Under the pieces are notes generated by a model, which was not told the DNA's origin, ran no database searches, and was given only the letters and a program-made list of their open reading frames with translations. This document shows positions 10,782-23,775 of a stretch of DNA of 64,000 bases, in pieces. Origin of the DNA: Ophelia neglecta (Eukaryota); the NCBI GenBank assembly GCA_965285935.1, contig OZ260665.1, positions 21,328,001-21,392,000 of the forward strand, read 5' to 3'. A program made the translations under genes and the position numbers. Numbering within the stretch: position 1 is the first letter of the stretch; every line of letters begins with the position of its first letter.

Positions 10782-11227
10782 AGGGATATGGCGTCCCAGG
10801 GATATTTAAAGGATTCATATTTCGAGCATGAATCCACTTTCCGAAATTAATTCTATAATCATAGAAATCTTAAACTTGATAAATCTTAATGGCTTTCAAA
10901 ACGATACCGGGCCTCGTTTTGCAATTGTCAGAGTATCTTGCATCGGAAACAACATCAAAACAACTCTCATATTTCCGGGGCTTTCGAAGGTAAAGTAGAA
11001 AAATGTAAAATACACAAGTCACCTATAGATATGTTGGATTTCGAATCACTGAAACAATGTAAGGTCGGCAATTACGTACGTGTACACACACGTATAAACA
11101 CGATATGTATCTAAATAGAAACATAGCTGGCGGCTTATGGTCGCGCTGCCCGATTGCTGGCGGCAGTAAGAATACTTAAAACTTTGTATTGTCCTGTAGG
11201 CAACTGTAGTGTTTTAAAGTGATATTC

Positions 11228-11420
11228 ACTTGTGGCGTCCAAATTCAGTGTTTCATACTTGTGGCGTCCAAAATCAGCGTTTCATACTTGTGGCGTCCAA
11301 TATTAGGGTTTGCAACTTGTGGCGTCCAACATTAGCGTTTGCGATTCTTGGCGTCTAATATCAGCGTTTACGACTTGTGATTTCCAATATCAGCGTTTGC
11401 GACTTGTGGCGCCCAATACT
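11228..11420. repeat. 29-bp minisatellite, about 6.5 copies
   Basis: acttgtggcgtccaa(t/a)atcagcgttt(cat/gcg) units at 11228, 11257, 11286, 11315 and onward. Confidence 0.95.
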
Positions 11421-12412
11421 ACTTGTCTGGCAGAGCTACAAAGAGAACAAAAAAATATCAATATGCGCATCGAAACCTCCACCGACATTCGGTAATACTT
11501 TATTAAACGAGACAAAGTTTCCTTGGCCCCAAGATGTTGTATTAGGTGCTGAACTAGAACTGTAAGGGGGTGGATAACTGACGGACAAAGCAACGTCTCT
11601 GGTAAGGGATAAGCCATTTAATGAGTAATGTTTGAGTTAAGCATCACAATACTACTTGGGGAAATTCAATTTCTAGCTGTCTGCAAAAAAGCTTAGACGG
11701 CATAACTTTCATATGTGCATTACTCGCGCGTGAATATAAATGCATACACCTGATTCATAATGTAATGTAGCACATCCAGTGAGTGCTTATGAAATACCAT
11801 ATCATGTGTATGTCGCCTGCGATGCACAAACGTTGCTGCATAGGCTCGCTACAAATATCATGATGACACTTTTGATTAGCTGTTTCTATGTACGAATCAA
11901 GGACACATGCCATCCAAACCAAGATCCTCCTGTGAAAGTCGCTTAATCTCAAAAGTCGAATTTGACAGATTGGCATGAACTTATTAATGTTAATTAGAAA
12001 TTAAATATCCGTTTAAGCTTGTGATTCGACCTTAGTCAGACAACTTCATATTGTATTTGGAGAAAAACACAAAAATTAGAACTTTAATTTGTAACAAGGA
12101 TACCGTTGCGTCGTCTTAAGCCCTTTTTTCTTGTTGGTTATTCAATGTAATTTCTTAAGCACTTTAACAGAAAAAGGCGGGAAGACATTGATACCAATTA
12201 ATTTCCAACATATTTAGTCTAATGATATTAATATTCTTATTTGATGATTTCATTATATTGCATCTTATTATGGATTTCTTAAAGAATAATATTATAGCTT
12301 ACATCTAATAAATCAAGTAAATGAAGTGGCCTCTTATGAGACACTAGATTAATGATAATCATTTATACTCCATTATGGATAAGTTTTTTTAAATTTGTAT
12401 GCAGGGTACCCA

Positions 12413-12481
12413 ATCCTGTTTTTAGAATTACCTACAGCCTGCTAGGGACAAACATCCTGTTTTGAGAATTACCTTCAGCCT
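12413..12481. repeat. Short tandem duplication, 41-bp period
   Basis: atcctgtttt.agaattacct.cagcct at 12413 and 12454. Confidence 0.85.
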
Positions 12482-14103
12482 CCGAAACAATAATTGTTCT
12501 TTTAAGGAACAAAACCTTAGGTGCCGTGAAAAATTCTGTTTAACATTCCAATTCTCATTCCATAGGATTTTCTATTATGAATATGGCATGAATCTTCTCT
12601 ATGGGTTGGTCAGAGGCATTTATACTCCCCTGTTCTCATTTCCGATAACTGACTACATATTTTTTGGTTAGTATTCATACGAGTTTTTTCAACAGCGACG
12701 GTGCATAGTGCCATTAAATTGAATCTTTATGGGATTGAGGACAAACCAATATGGTGGAAGTGTCAGGTCTGGTGAACTAGACTGTGGTAAGTGTGGTAAT
12801 TTTGCCGCAATTATATGTATATTTTAACGCATTATCGTAAACTCTCCTTGCCAGAAAAAGTATCCTGACAAGTGTTACCCAACCGTAACGTTGCTTAATC
12901 TGTGGTTCTAGAACATACGCTCGGGTTTTGGACATGTATCACGACGTTCGAAAGTTCAGTATTGTGAACGCTGCGGGAGTACGGCAAGACATGTAACGAA
13001 ACTTATCATGCAAATACTGTGGAACGTGCATTAGAAATAAAATAATTGAATTTCTTTTATTGCTTTTCGAGGCATATTCAAGAGCCATCATTAGAAGACT
13101 AGCCCTTGTGAGTATATATTGTTGTGTCAAAGATAAAAGCCTGTCCGTTGTCTATTAACTATTATGAAGGACAAAATATATTTAAAAGTCCTCTGACATC
13201 TCACATTTGTGTTGGTACACTTATTTGCTCAGACAAAACGTGTAAATTGTTAACTTACCGAGTAATCACTGTTATTTACTACATACTTAAGCAGCTGATT
13301 GATATACTCTTGGGCGACTCTTGCGCACGATTTTGCCTCAACTATATAGGTGGCAAGTGTAAACATACATTTTCACCATATCGGCATCATAGATACATGT
13401 AGACGGTAGGATATGATTGTGCACTCACGTTGTAGCCTGTAGAGATCTGCCGAAAGAACAAATATACCTGTCCGTGTGTATCCGTGTCAAGTGCCAAACA
13501 CGTGTTATATCATGTTTTCAAATGTAAAGCAGAAACCTTAAAACAAAATGAACGCCACCAACCTGATCAACTATGCACAGAGTAACTGCGTGCTTAAATT
13601 GCTATGAAGGTCCACAGCGAGATAGTACACGCGGGATCTAGTGCACATTCATTATGTATACCAATGGGACGTGGTAAATATTTTCAATGGCAATTGATCG
13701 TCTGCCATGATAACATTTACCCAAAGGCACTTGTTACATCAAGCATTTATTATTCATACTTGTCTGGCTTATGTCAGTGCACTAGGCATAGAGTATGTGT
13801 GGTGAGGACGAAGGAGGGTGATTTAGCTATGGCGAGGGCAGTCGGAGGGCGGCCTGTGTCTTGTTAAGAGACATATTCGTAACAAGGCAAGTGTAAGCTG
13901 GATTAAAATGTCGTGCGCAGCATTATAAATAAGCCTTAAAGGTCGTTCTACGAAATCCTAGTTTTTGGTACTGATTCTTTGAAAGTGTGTATCGAGCTAA
14001 TAATATGAATGTGGCGTAAAGAAAAAACAATACTAAGAGCTTAATTTAAGTCACGAGTTACTATTAACAGAGTTTTGGAAGTTCAATGCATTAACATAAA
14101 ATT

Positions 14104-14323
14104 TATATTCCTATCATAAGAGTGCTTTTATCATTCATTTAATGTTATAGACACACATAATTTTCAACTCAAAAAAGATATATTCTTTTTGTTAGGGTGC
14201 TTTTATCATCCATATAATGTTATAGACACTCATCAGTTTCATTTTAAAAAAGATATATTCTTTTCGTTAGGGTCCTTTTATCATTCATTTAATGTTCTAG
14301 ACACACATCATTTCCATCTCAAA
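14104..14323. repeat. 75-bp tandem repeat x3
   Basis: tatattc...gtgcttttatcattcatttaatgttatagacacacat units at 14104, 14179 and 14254. Confidence 0.92.
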
Positions 14324-17300
14324 CCTTTAATATTCAGTTGCTGAGGCTAGATGGCGGTAAATTTCAATGCTATGATATTGCAACAAAAACATCAAATGCA
14401 TACTTTCTATTTACTAAAGTATTTCTGCTTTGCATTTTGCTGCCGATTACCTAAAAACGATTAGTTGGTGTTCCCATTGTCACCTAAACTCCTCTACTTG
14501 ACCATTTCCTCGGCCTAAAGATGTCACTTGGGACAGATATGTAGCGGCACTTGGGGCAAATTTTTCATGTATAACAAAATATAATTGGATGTGTGGCTTA
14601 AGAGGCCAAGCCTTGCCAATCTTGTCTATTTTAGATTAACGGTTTTCGTTATCGCTAGTTTGCCTGTAAGGCCGACACTCTTGAACTGTCAGTTTACCGC
14701 TGTCTTCACGTACTTGCGAGGCTAAAGTTCAGAAACATTCAAACAATGGTTATCCTGGTTTGGACTGCATGCTTGAATCGTGTAATTATCATACTTATAG
14801 TCATCTATCCTTAATGAAGCGTTAATCTTAATAAAACAAACAAGGGTAATAATGAACTATTACAACACCTTACAACTGTCGTTAAGCCCCAAAAATCCAA
14901 ATCCAAATCCTTTCAACTGTTCGTAAAACGAATTCCCTTTGCCTGAAGTTACCACGACATATATAAATAAGCACATGCCGTCTCGTATTACACGGAACAG
15001 CAAAATAGTAAAACCAATCATCCGAAAGTAGTTCAAATTAATTGTTAGCAAAGAAAACCCCTGCGAGTAAATTGCCATCAATAAATTGCATTATAAACCG
15101 CAAATGTATGAAATGTGTACACAAATCATAGAGGATTAGTAGAACTTTTAGTTGATCAATTATTTTCGCAATCTCCAGACCCTCTTTTAATCAGAGATAA
15201 TGCGAATATTATTTTATTTGAATGCTTTTGACATCAACATACCCATGTTTTAAGCAGTAGCTTTGATCAGTCACCAGTTTTTCACAACCAAATTTCTGGT
15301 AAATGGCAGGCATGATCCCGAGCAAAGGATCTTGATTCACTTTTGAGTCTGTGTTAGTGTTGATTACGAATGTGTTTTTAGATACTAAATATATTCCTTC
15401 CCTGGTGTCATATAAGATTTTCCCTCCCAAGTTATCACCTAGTACAATAGTCCTGAAAAGTTAACAGTATTCTCAATATTCATGATACCGGTCACGAAAA
15501 CACATCTCATTGATTCTATTTTAACTTAAAGTGAATAATAGGGTTCCTTAACAGACGCAAGGAATGGTAAGTTTCCATATCACAAAGATTGACAGATGTA
15601 TAGGCTGTAATATTAGCATTATTTTATCATAAGACCTTTATGAGCCGTACTTTTCCACCCTTTCTTGATTCAAATCTCTTCTTACGGTTGGTGAATGGCT
15701 TATGGAAAACAAATAAACGCTATCTAAGCAATCTAAAATTCTGTTCCCACAGAATTTTCTTAGCTACAAGCAAAAGCAATAAAGGTAGCATAGGACAACG
15801 TGCTATGTATAAGCGGTTGGAAAAATGGTATATTCCTTGATAGAACTGAATAAACAGCGTGTCTATGCCCAAATGGAGGAAATACATGATAGAACTTAAA
15901 TGATGGATTACGAATAGATAATCAAATCATTACAACTTTATCGGTCACTGTCAACAGAAGACTCACAAAGCATCAAATCTCATTTAAATAATAGAGCTAG
16001 TAAAAATACAATATTCTGATTCAGATTAGGTAATATGACCAAATAAAAGCAATTGGTTCCCAGGGGGGATGCCAATGGTTTGGAGAAACAACTCATTGTA
16101 GCAGGCCTAAATATCTGACATAATAACTTTGATTAAATAATCTATTTTTTCATGATGATCGTAAAAACTTCAGTATAATCCTTAAAAAAAATTGCGCTAA
16201 CCATGTGCATAAAACTATATTCTTTTGACTTTCTAGACTTTATTTATTTTCATTATTTACCTAATTTGGGTGACAATTATTTTAAATATCTTAACAGTAC
16301 TGAAAATTGAATGAATACGTTTTAAGATTATTACAAGTGTTATTTAATTGACTTGTCCTGCATTTTGGACCGATAACTTCAAATATACACATGTACGGTT
16401 AACACGTCTAGCTGGTTTCAGGATCTAGTGTGCTAGGAGGAACAGGAAACGACAATAATAATCGACACGGGTATAGCGCCTACGCTTGACGAACATTTAA
16501 AACCAGTGTGAGGCAGAACTGCCATCTCGAAACTGAGAAGCTGGTTAAGAACACTAATATACTGTTAAATAAACCTAATCAGCTAATTGGCAGTAACACT
16601 AACTACCTACCTACCCGAGCAAGGTACCTACTTTATGGAAAAAATACGTTAACAAATTTAGTAATAATCTATTTGTATTAATTATGTTAGAGCATTATCT
16701 GGATGTAAATCTCCATTAAATAATAATATAATTTGATTTTTATTAATGTTGGGACCTTGTTATTGTAAAAGTATAAAAGAATCTGGTGATATCTAAGTTG
16801 AGCTTGTGGCACGGCCTATGCAGTCAAAATATAAAAAGGTGTTTTATAAGCCTTCGTAATTTTCCTAGCTTGAATCATACATACTTGATGCCCCGCCTGC
16901 TGCCTACATACATGTTCAACGTTTACACGATTTATTCCATGGCGCGGAACAAGTTTTTATGTCATTCGATTACAAGGATATTTTTTTTCCATATTTATCA
17001 AATATTGATTTCATGTGGCATTATCAACCATGTATTGTTCGAGAAATAATTGAAAAATCAAATGAAGATACGTGTATTTTGGTTGTCTCAATAATAGGTC
17101 CCGATCTACCATTCAGCTTAACTGTAGATATTAACCTGTCAGCGCTGTTCGAAGGAGTCAACGAATACTCCTTCCTTTCACTGCCAGTAGTGATGTAACC
17201 ACAATCACGATAAAACAATACTTTATTGAACTGCATTTCAATTTTTTTATTCTGATAACTCGAAGGGCTTTGGACGGGATAAGCCTGTAACGAATGGGTG

Positions 17301-19857
17301 TATCAAGGTCGATAGCCACCCTATTGTTCCGCCTGGGGGCTCTACGGTTGATTTATCATATGATAAAGAACTATATTTAGCTTTTTAAAATTTTTCGGTT
17401 AGTGAAGTGAGTACTTTTACTTGTGGGCCATTGGATAACCGCAACAATAGAATACCCAGCTCATAAATCGATCACGATAAAACAAAATGGCTACCAAAAT
17501 GAATAATTTGTAACAGAACAGCAAAAGCTGTTCTTGGAAGACAACCAGGATTCCTGTCATACTCATTTTCCCGACAAAGTGACCAAGAGGGATTTACAAT
17601 TATAATGATATAACGAAAACATTAAGGCCAAGCGTTTGTAGCTAGATCCTATCTTCTATGGTCTGACACTAATGACAATTGGTCAGTACTGTTTGGTTTG
17701 AAATTGGACGCTCTTCCCCTGAAATCGTTTTTTTTTTCAAATTCCTTTGAATAGTGTTAGTGAATTTATAACGCGTTGGGAATAGAAGCAAAACCTGGTG
17801 CTGTTTGAGGTGAAGCACTTGCGATTAAACTTATGAACAGAACAATATATTACATAACCGATCCAATCGGTGTAAATACTTGCTATGCGTAGAAGATAAC
17901 AGCACACAGCTAAATAATCGACACACATGACACATAGTAGACAACGTGTGTACATTTCCGAGCTTTCCTAGAATTCACCACTTCTAAGGACCAGTTCGAC
18001 GTGTTTCTCAGTTTGAGTTAAGAAAGCGGGAATCTCAGTCTGAAGATAAGAAGCGGGGATCATCTAAACCATGATGATTCCAGACCGATTTAATGGACAA
18101 ATCTGGATATTTGATCTTGTTTTGTTACCCAGGTATTATCGACGTTAGGAGCTGCAATATTTGAGCTGTCCCCTCGCCTTTTCAAATAAAGCACACACAA
18201 ATTGATCAGCAGAATATCCATGGTTACTGAAGCAATCCCCGTCCGAGTAAGTTATCAAATATCAGATTTGAATGCTTTCTCCAAAGATAATTTCCATGCC
18301 AAACCATTTAAATCAAAGATAGATCACCATGGCCGTTTTCTAATCAGCTTGACTGTTTTAATAACGATCTTAGACAGACGACCATGACGTTAATCTACTC
18401 AGGTTGACTAACAATGCCAGACAAACGATCATCATAGCTTATCTATTCAAGGTGACTCAATTTTCAGGCGCTCGTTGATAAGTGACTGTGCATCTACACA
18501 TTCTCATGTAATGTGAGGACAGATACCAGTGTAATAGTCTGTGTAAGGCTTTGTATTAATATAGCGAAGAGTAATCCATGCCTGCCCGACCGGTATATTA
18601 ATATTTACCTTTTTTTTACACAGCATGACAACGTTGCAAATAAATATACATTGGACAAGAATTAAGGGTTGGTGAAGGGGGTGAGTGTCTACATATTGAC
18701 TCCTGTTGTAAGTAATGTTCACTTTCTCAAAATTGGATGGTGCATTATTAGAACTAAGTTGAATAAAGAACCGTTCCATTTTCCCTGTTCGCCCTATCAT
18801 CGCCGAGATCGGCGATATTGATTTCATAATAAGGCCACCTGTTACATTAAGTCTTCACCTAACACGTTTCACAGTAAGTTCATACTGCCCTGGGCTGGAA
18901 CAAGTGCCATACACAGCTCGTGTAGCATTTGTGATTCACAAACATCGATATTTGGCACTATGAACCATTCTGTAATAATATTTCATAAAGGTTACATTTG
19001 TTCCCGATAAGTTATGGCTGTGTGTAATGTATTGTAAGCAAAAGATAGTATACCCTCTAAATTAAATAGAACCAATTACATAATATAAGCCCGAAGTCGT
19101 TTATTCGAATGTGAAATATATTGCCACAATGCTGCTAGAACTAGGTGTATGCCCCCCCCCCCCCACCCCAACACACACACCCAACTTATCCCATCCCCCA
19201 ACCCGGTTCGCCACTCGAAGTGCTACAATTGATCCCGATCTCATTTAATATATTTTCCATCGTATTACATTTGGTATAAAAGCTGTATTTTAATACTTAA
19301 TATCTGCTCATAAACACGATATTGACGGTGAATTGACCCACTTTATGGCCTCTTAAACACATAAATTCATAAACACCATTTCACTTAATAAGCAAAGTCA
19401 TCTACCAAGCATTTAAGTGTCTGGGTTTAAAATTATCAGCCAGATGAAAACACTAAACTTGGAAAAAAACAAGAAGAATAAACATTGTCAGCGGGAATAA
19501 CAAACTTTCAGTATAAAACCATAAACAGTCAGTACTGCGCTCTACTAGGGTTGGATGCAATTAATTATGCAACCGTTGTGGCATTTTACAATCTGGATTA
19601 GAGATCCATCTTGCTAAAAGATCACTATAAAAACACTATATGTATACATTAAGCCTCAGATAGCTGATTTTGTTTTTTACTGGACACATATAGGTTATGA
19701 CGCTACTACCTTTTTAAATTTAATATCTTTACATGGTTCAATCGCATAATTCATAAAGTTTGATGGTGAAAAATATCGTGAGTTAAAAACAAAATGTACC
19801 TTCGTATGTCGCTATTACATTATTGCACGTGTTTGTTTGAGTTAGATTTTAAATTAA

Positions 19858-19940
19858 GCCGTCCGTGAAGCAAGGTTTCGCCCTGCGGGCCGTCTGATGA
19901 GCGAGGGTTTCGTATGGCGGTCCGTCTGGTAAGCGTGGAA
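19858..19940. repeat. GC-rich 31-32-bp tandem repeat, about 2.6 copies
   Basis: gccgtc.g....agc.agg(g)tttcg....gcgg at 19858, 19889 and 19921. Confidence 0.7.
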
Positions 19941-22012
19941 TGTGACCAACAAGGGAAAACTTGACCCACGCATATCTAAATGTTTAGTTACACGAATCTC
20001 GCGCATAAGGTACTGGCACGAGCCTTTGGACTTTAATTATCTAATATACATTCACACTTGAGGCAATACCTTATTGGCTATGTTTGGCACAGCTTATACC
20101 ATGCAATAGTTGGCTTGTATCAATCTTGACTATTTTGTTTCATCTCCCTAGTGCCTATATTGGATGATTTTCCATCAATTAACCATTTTCTTCCGGACCA
20201 ACTAAACGATAAATATGATTTTCCAGCTCTTCATGTTATATTTTATCTTTCTGTTTGACGTGGAATGAAAACATTATATACAGCTTAAGGTGAGGTCCCT
20301 TTATGGAAAAGCAGCGATGGTCGTTATATTCCAACCCAGATATCAGAACCACATTAATATTTACTTGAAAAGAGACAAAAACAATCTCATCCACTTCCAC
20401 TAATATCTAAATTATTCAAAACGTTGTGGGCGCGCTCGCTTAGTCTCTGCTATATTCGGTCAGAGGTGACAATTTGGCTCAAGGGGATTAATGTTGAAAA
20501 GCTAAAGAAAGATAACTACTATATGAATCACATTGGTATTCAATTTGTATGCAACACCTGACAAAAAAACATTAATTGCAGACAGCCATGGCCTGAAGGA
20601 ATTCATGTCGTACTGTAAGCTTGGCCGGCCGATACTGGCGATGTTCCTTTGCCTGCACTCAACGATACCCAAGCATTATCGAAAGCCAGGTGTCCTCCCA
20701 GCTACATTCCAAAGGTGACTATTAACAATCCGTTGTACGCTAACAGGGGAAGACGATGTTAGGTGGAACTGTAATGGTCATATGAGGTACACATGCAAAC
20801 ATAGTCGTCATCGGATAATAACAAATTTGTGCCCAAAATGGTAGCTGACAATAAACCACACATATCAACTCCCATTTTCATAGACACAGGAACCTTTTAA
20901 CGGAGAAACATAGAGCAGATATTCAACCAACATCTGGCATTCGGTTTCCCAGTTATCTCACCGGACACCCACATACGGGGGTTCAACTGAGTTCGACAAT
21001 TAGAGGGTGGATACCTGACAGACAAACCAAAACCGGCCACCACGCAGAAACCAATATATATATCATGGTTCACAAATAATCATCCACTGCAAGCCCACGA
21101 AACACCAATCGTTGGGTATATAATTATAACAGATGCTTCAGCAAGTGTAAATTGAATAGATGATAAGGTTTGATGTTATACAAATGAGAAGCGTTCGAAA
21201 GTAACGAGCCTGTGGTCTACGCAGACAAGATCTGAGATTTATGTTTGCTTCAATGGCACCCAATCCCGTCGTTCATATGCAATGAAAATCGTTTCGGTAA
21301 CACAGTGTTGTTTTATGTTTGATAGGACTGCCAACAGTACTGACGTTTCCTATAACAGTTTGGCGGAAAGCAAAATAGTTCGCCTGGGATTGACGGCAAC
21401 TAACTATTGTTTAGAAAAAACACATAAGAATTTACCTGCCGTCGGACATGCCGCTACCTCTGTTACTCGCAGTATGCGATCTTACGTATGAATCATAATG
21501 TCGCCTGGCCGGCTCTAACCGATGTTAGATGTTAGTCAAAATGCCCTGGAGAGCGCGATAAAAAATTGATTAAGTTTATAAACATAGTGAATAATGTAGG
21601 TCAGTGATAAATATACAATGCACCAAACCGTACACAAGGTTTATAAATTAGTTCCGCCTCTTGCCGTTCATCCGGAGATATCAATGCGCTGCTTGAATAT
21701 ACAATGAATAGAAAAAACTGTTTATATTTAATGTCCGTGATCGAACTAGTGACACAGACGAATTATGACCATCATTAGGTTTAAAAAATAGAAAATGTCT
21801 ATAATCGGTAACTGCAAGTAACAGTTATTTTGAAACATGGCTAGATCAGTACGATGCTAAAAAAGAAGAAAAGATACTATGAAGGGGGGACATTAGCAAA
21901 CAAATTGTAAAACAACGAAATTTTGTTGAGATGGCTATCAGTTTCCGTAAATAATGCTACCCGCCAGGAACATAAGGGGCAAGACTATACTGACACGTAA
22001 ACCCCAAATTTT

Positions 22013-22130
22013 CTGTTTGGGAGCTGTGCATTGATATGTGTGGGCCTGTGTCTGCTGGTTCCTGGTGATTCTGACCGATTAAATGGAACATTCTTAATTT
22101 ATGACTTTGCTTTTGTCTCCCGTGTACCGA
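22013..22130 (+). repeat. Dispersed repeat family X, copy A
   Basis: ctgtttgggagctg..attgatatgtgtgggcctgtgtctgctggttcctggtgattctgaccgattaa shared with copies at about 27.7, 46.9, 57.0 and 58.5 kb. Confidence 0.75.
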
Positions 22131-23298
22131 ATCCCTTTTTTAATTTACAAGTTTATTTAAGCAGCATGGAAAGTTGATTATATATACATTACATAGTATT
22201 TATATATTAAACACTGGATGCAGCCAGCAGGTTAACATACCTTTGTGTTGAACCAAACATCGTTCTGCCAATATTTCAGCTTTTCCAACAAATAGGCACA
22301 TCTCCCAACACACAAGCCACCTGTATACAGGCTATACCCAATGTTCATTATGACACACATCATGCTATATTATATTTAGTGGCCATGCCTGTAAGCTCAT
22401 AGGCTGTATAGCTAAGTTGTTTGTATACTTTTTCTAAAATACCTTTGTAGTAAACACTTAAAGGTCCTGAATTGTCAGTCTGTGCTACACTAGCCTAGGA
22501 CTCTCGCTTCATTCGCATGAACTGGCAAATGAACCTTTCCATTGGAATTTCCCTTTAGCACAACCAACAGTGAGTCATCTGTGCACGAGTGTGCTAGGTG
22601 CGCTTGTCACACAGTAGGTCAATTAATCAAACAATGTTGACATTTTATTACAAGGACTACAACCCTAAACTAGTCTATAAATGAGAGGTATTGATTTTTC
22701 CACTGCGCAGAACATAACTGTTGAATGTTACCATTCGAGTAGCTTTCTACTGTAATATCTGATAAGATATTTCAGTAGTTTGAAAGTCAGCAAGTTCACC
22801 TCATCACTCTTCGTCCAGCCTGTAATCAGTGGTGTTTTAATGACAATGGTGTGATTTACAAGAATGGTCAGTGCCTGTATCAACTTGGCTGTAACATTTT
22901 CTAAATAATCAAAAACTCCTATTTGAATATTGCCAGACTTCTTGTAATACTGCATTCTAAAATTTTGTGGTGGCGCCTGTTGCTTTGACATGATAGTCAG
23001 TCATACATGGATACTACCATCAAAAAATAGTTTTGAGACTCATTTGTCATACTTCGTTCTTGATAGTCAATGATAACAATAACATCCTAGTTACATGACC
23101 GTCAATGCGACTAAAATGTAAGCCATACTAAAACCAGCGTATTACACCCCCTCTTACTGGAGCGGTGTTTCAATACTTAGACGCAAAAGATGAGCGGAAA
23201 ATGAAAGGAATATCACTTATATTAAAATATGAGCGCCATTGTATCGGATGCAGTGTCTATGTATTAGATTGAGGCGCCGTAGTAAGATTTAACATTAC

Positions 23299-23490
23299 CT
23301 AGTCGTCAGCCACCGCCAGCTGCTCGGCGAACGCGGGGTCGATGGCAGCTTCTCAGCCGGCGGATTCATGGTGGGCTCTAGTAGATCATTACTCTCTTAA
23401 GGAGAGTCCCAGTGTGTAAGTTGCGTGGTAACAAAACACGAATCCCGACTTTCCTCCTGGTGTATCGGAACAGCCCCCAGCTCTAGAGTA
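23299..23490 (-). other. Candidate non-coding first exon of paralog 1
   Basis: Local CpG/GC-rich patch ending in a minus-strand AG|GTAATG donor at 23298; candidate acceptor tttctatttag at 11111; inference only. Confidence 0.3.
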
Positions 23491-23651
23491 AACTGCTACA
23501 ATATCTAATACGAACAGCAAAAAAATATTTTTACCAACGACACTTTCGTGTTCGATGAACATGGGGTTTTTCAAAACAGGGAAGTGGAGGTTACAGATAA
23601 TACGTATTTTTAATAATGTATGCAAAATTTAATGTTTGCGACTTAATCACA

Positions 23652-23775
23652 CCAAAGCCTCCAAGTAGAGTTTTCCCAGTCGGCCTTATTTGGAGTTCTT
23701 TCCCCTTTCTTGCCTTTGTTCTTTTAGACGCCAAAGCCTACTTGTAAACGTTTTCCAGTCGACTTAATCGGGATA
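23652..23775. repeat. Degenerate tandem repeat, about 79-bp period
   Basis: ccaaagcct....gta...ttt.ccagtcg.ctta at 23652 and 23731. Confidence 0.65.

Noticed and set aside
19889-19920. Hammerhead ribozyme suggested by CTGATGAG
   Set aside because: No downstream GAAA on the same strand; the CGAAAC is on the opposite strand and the region is a short tandem repeat
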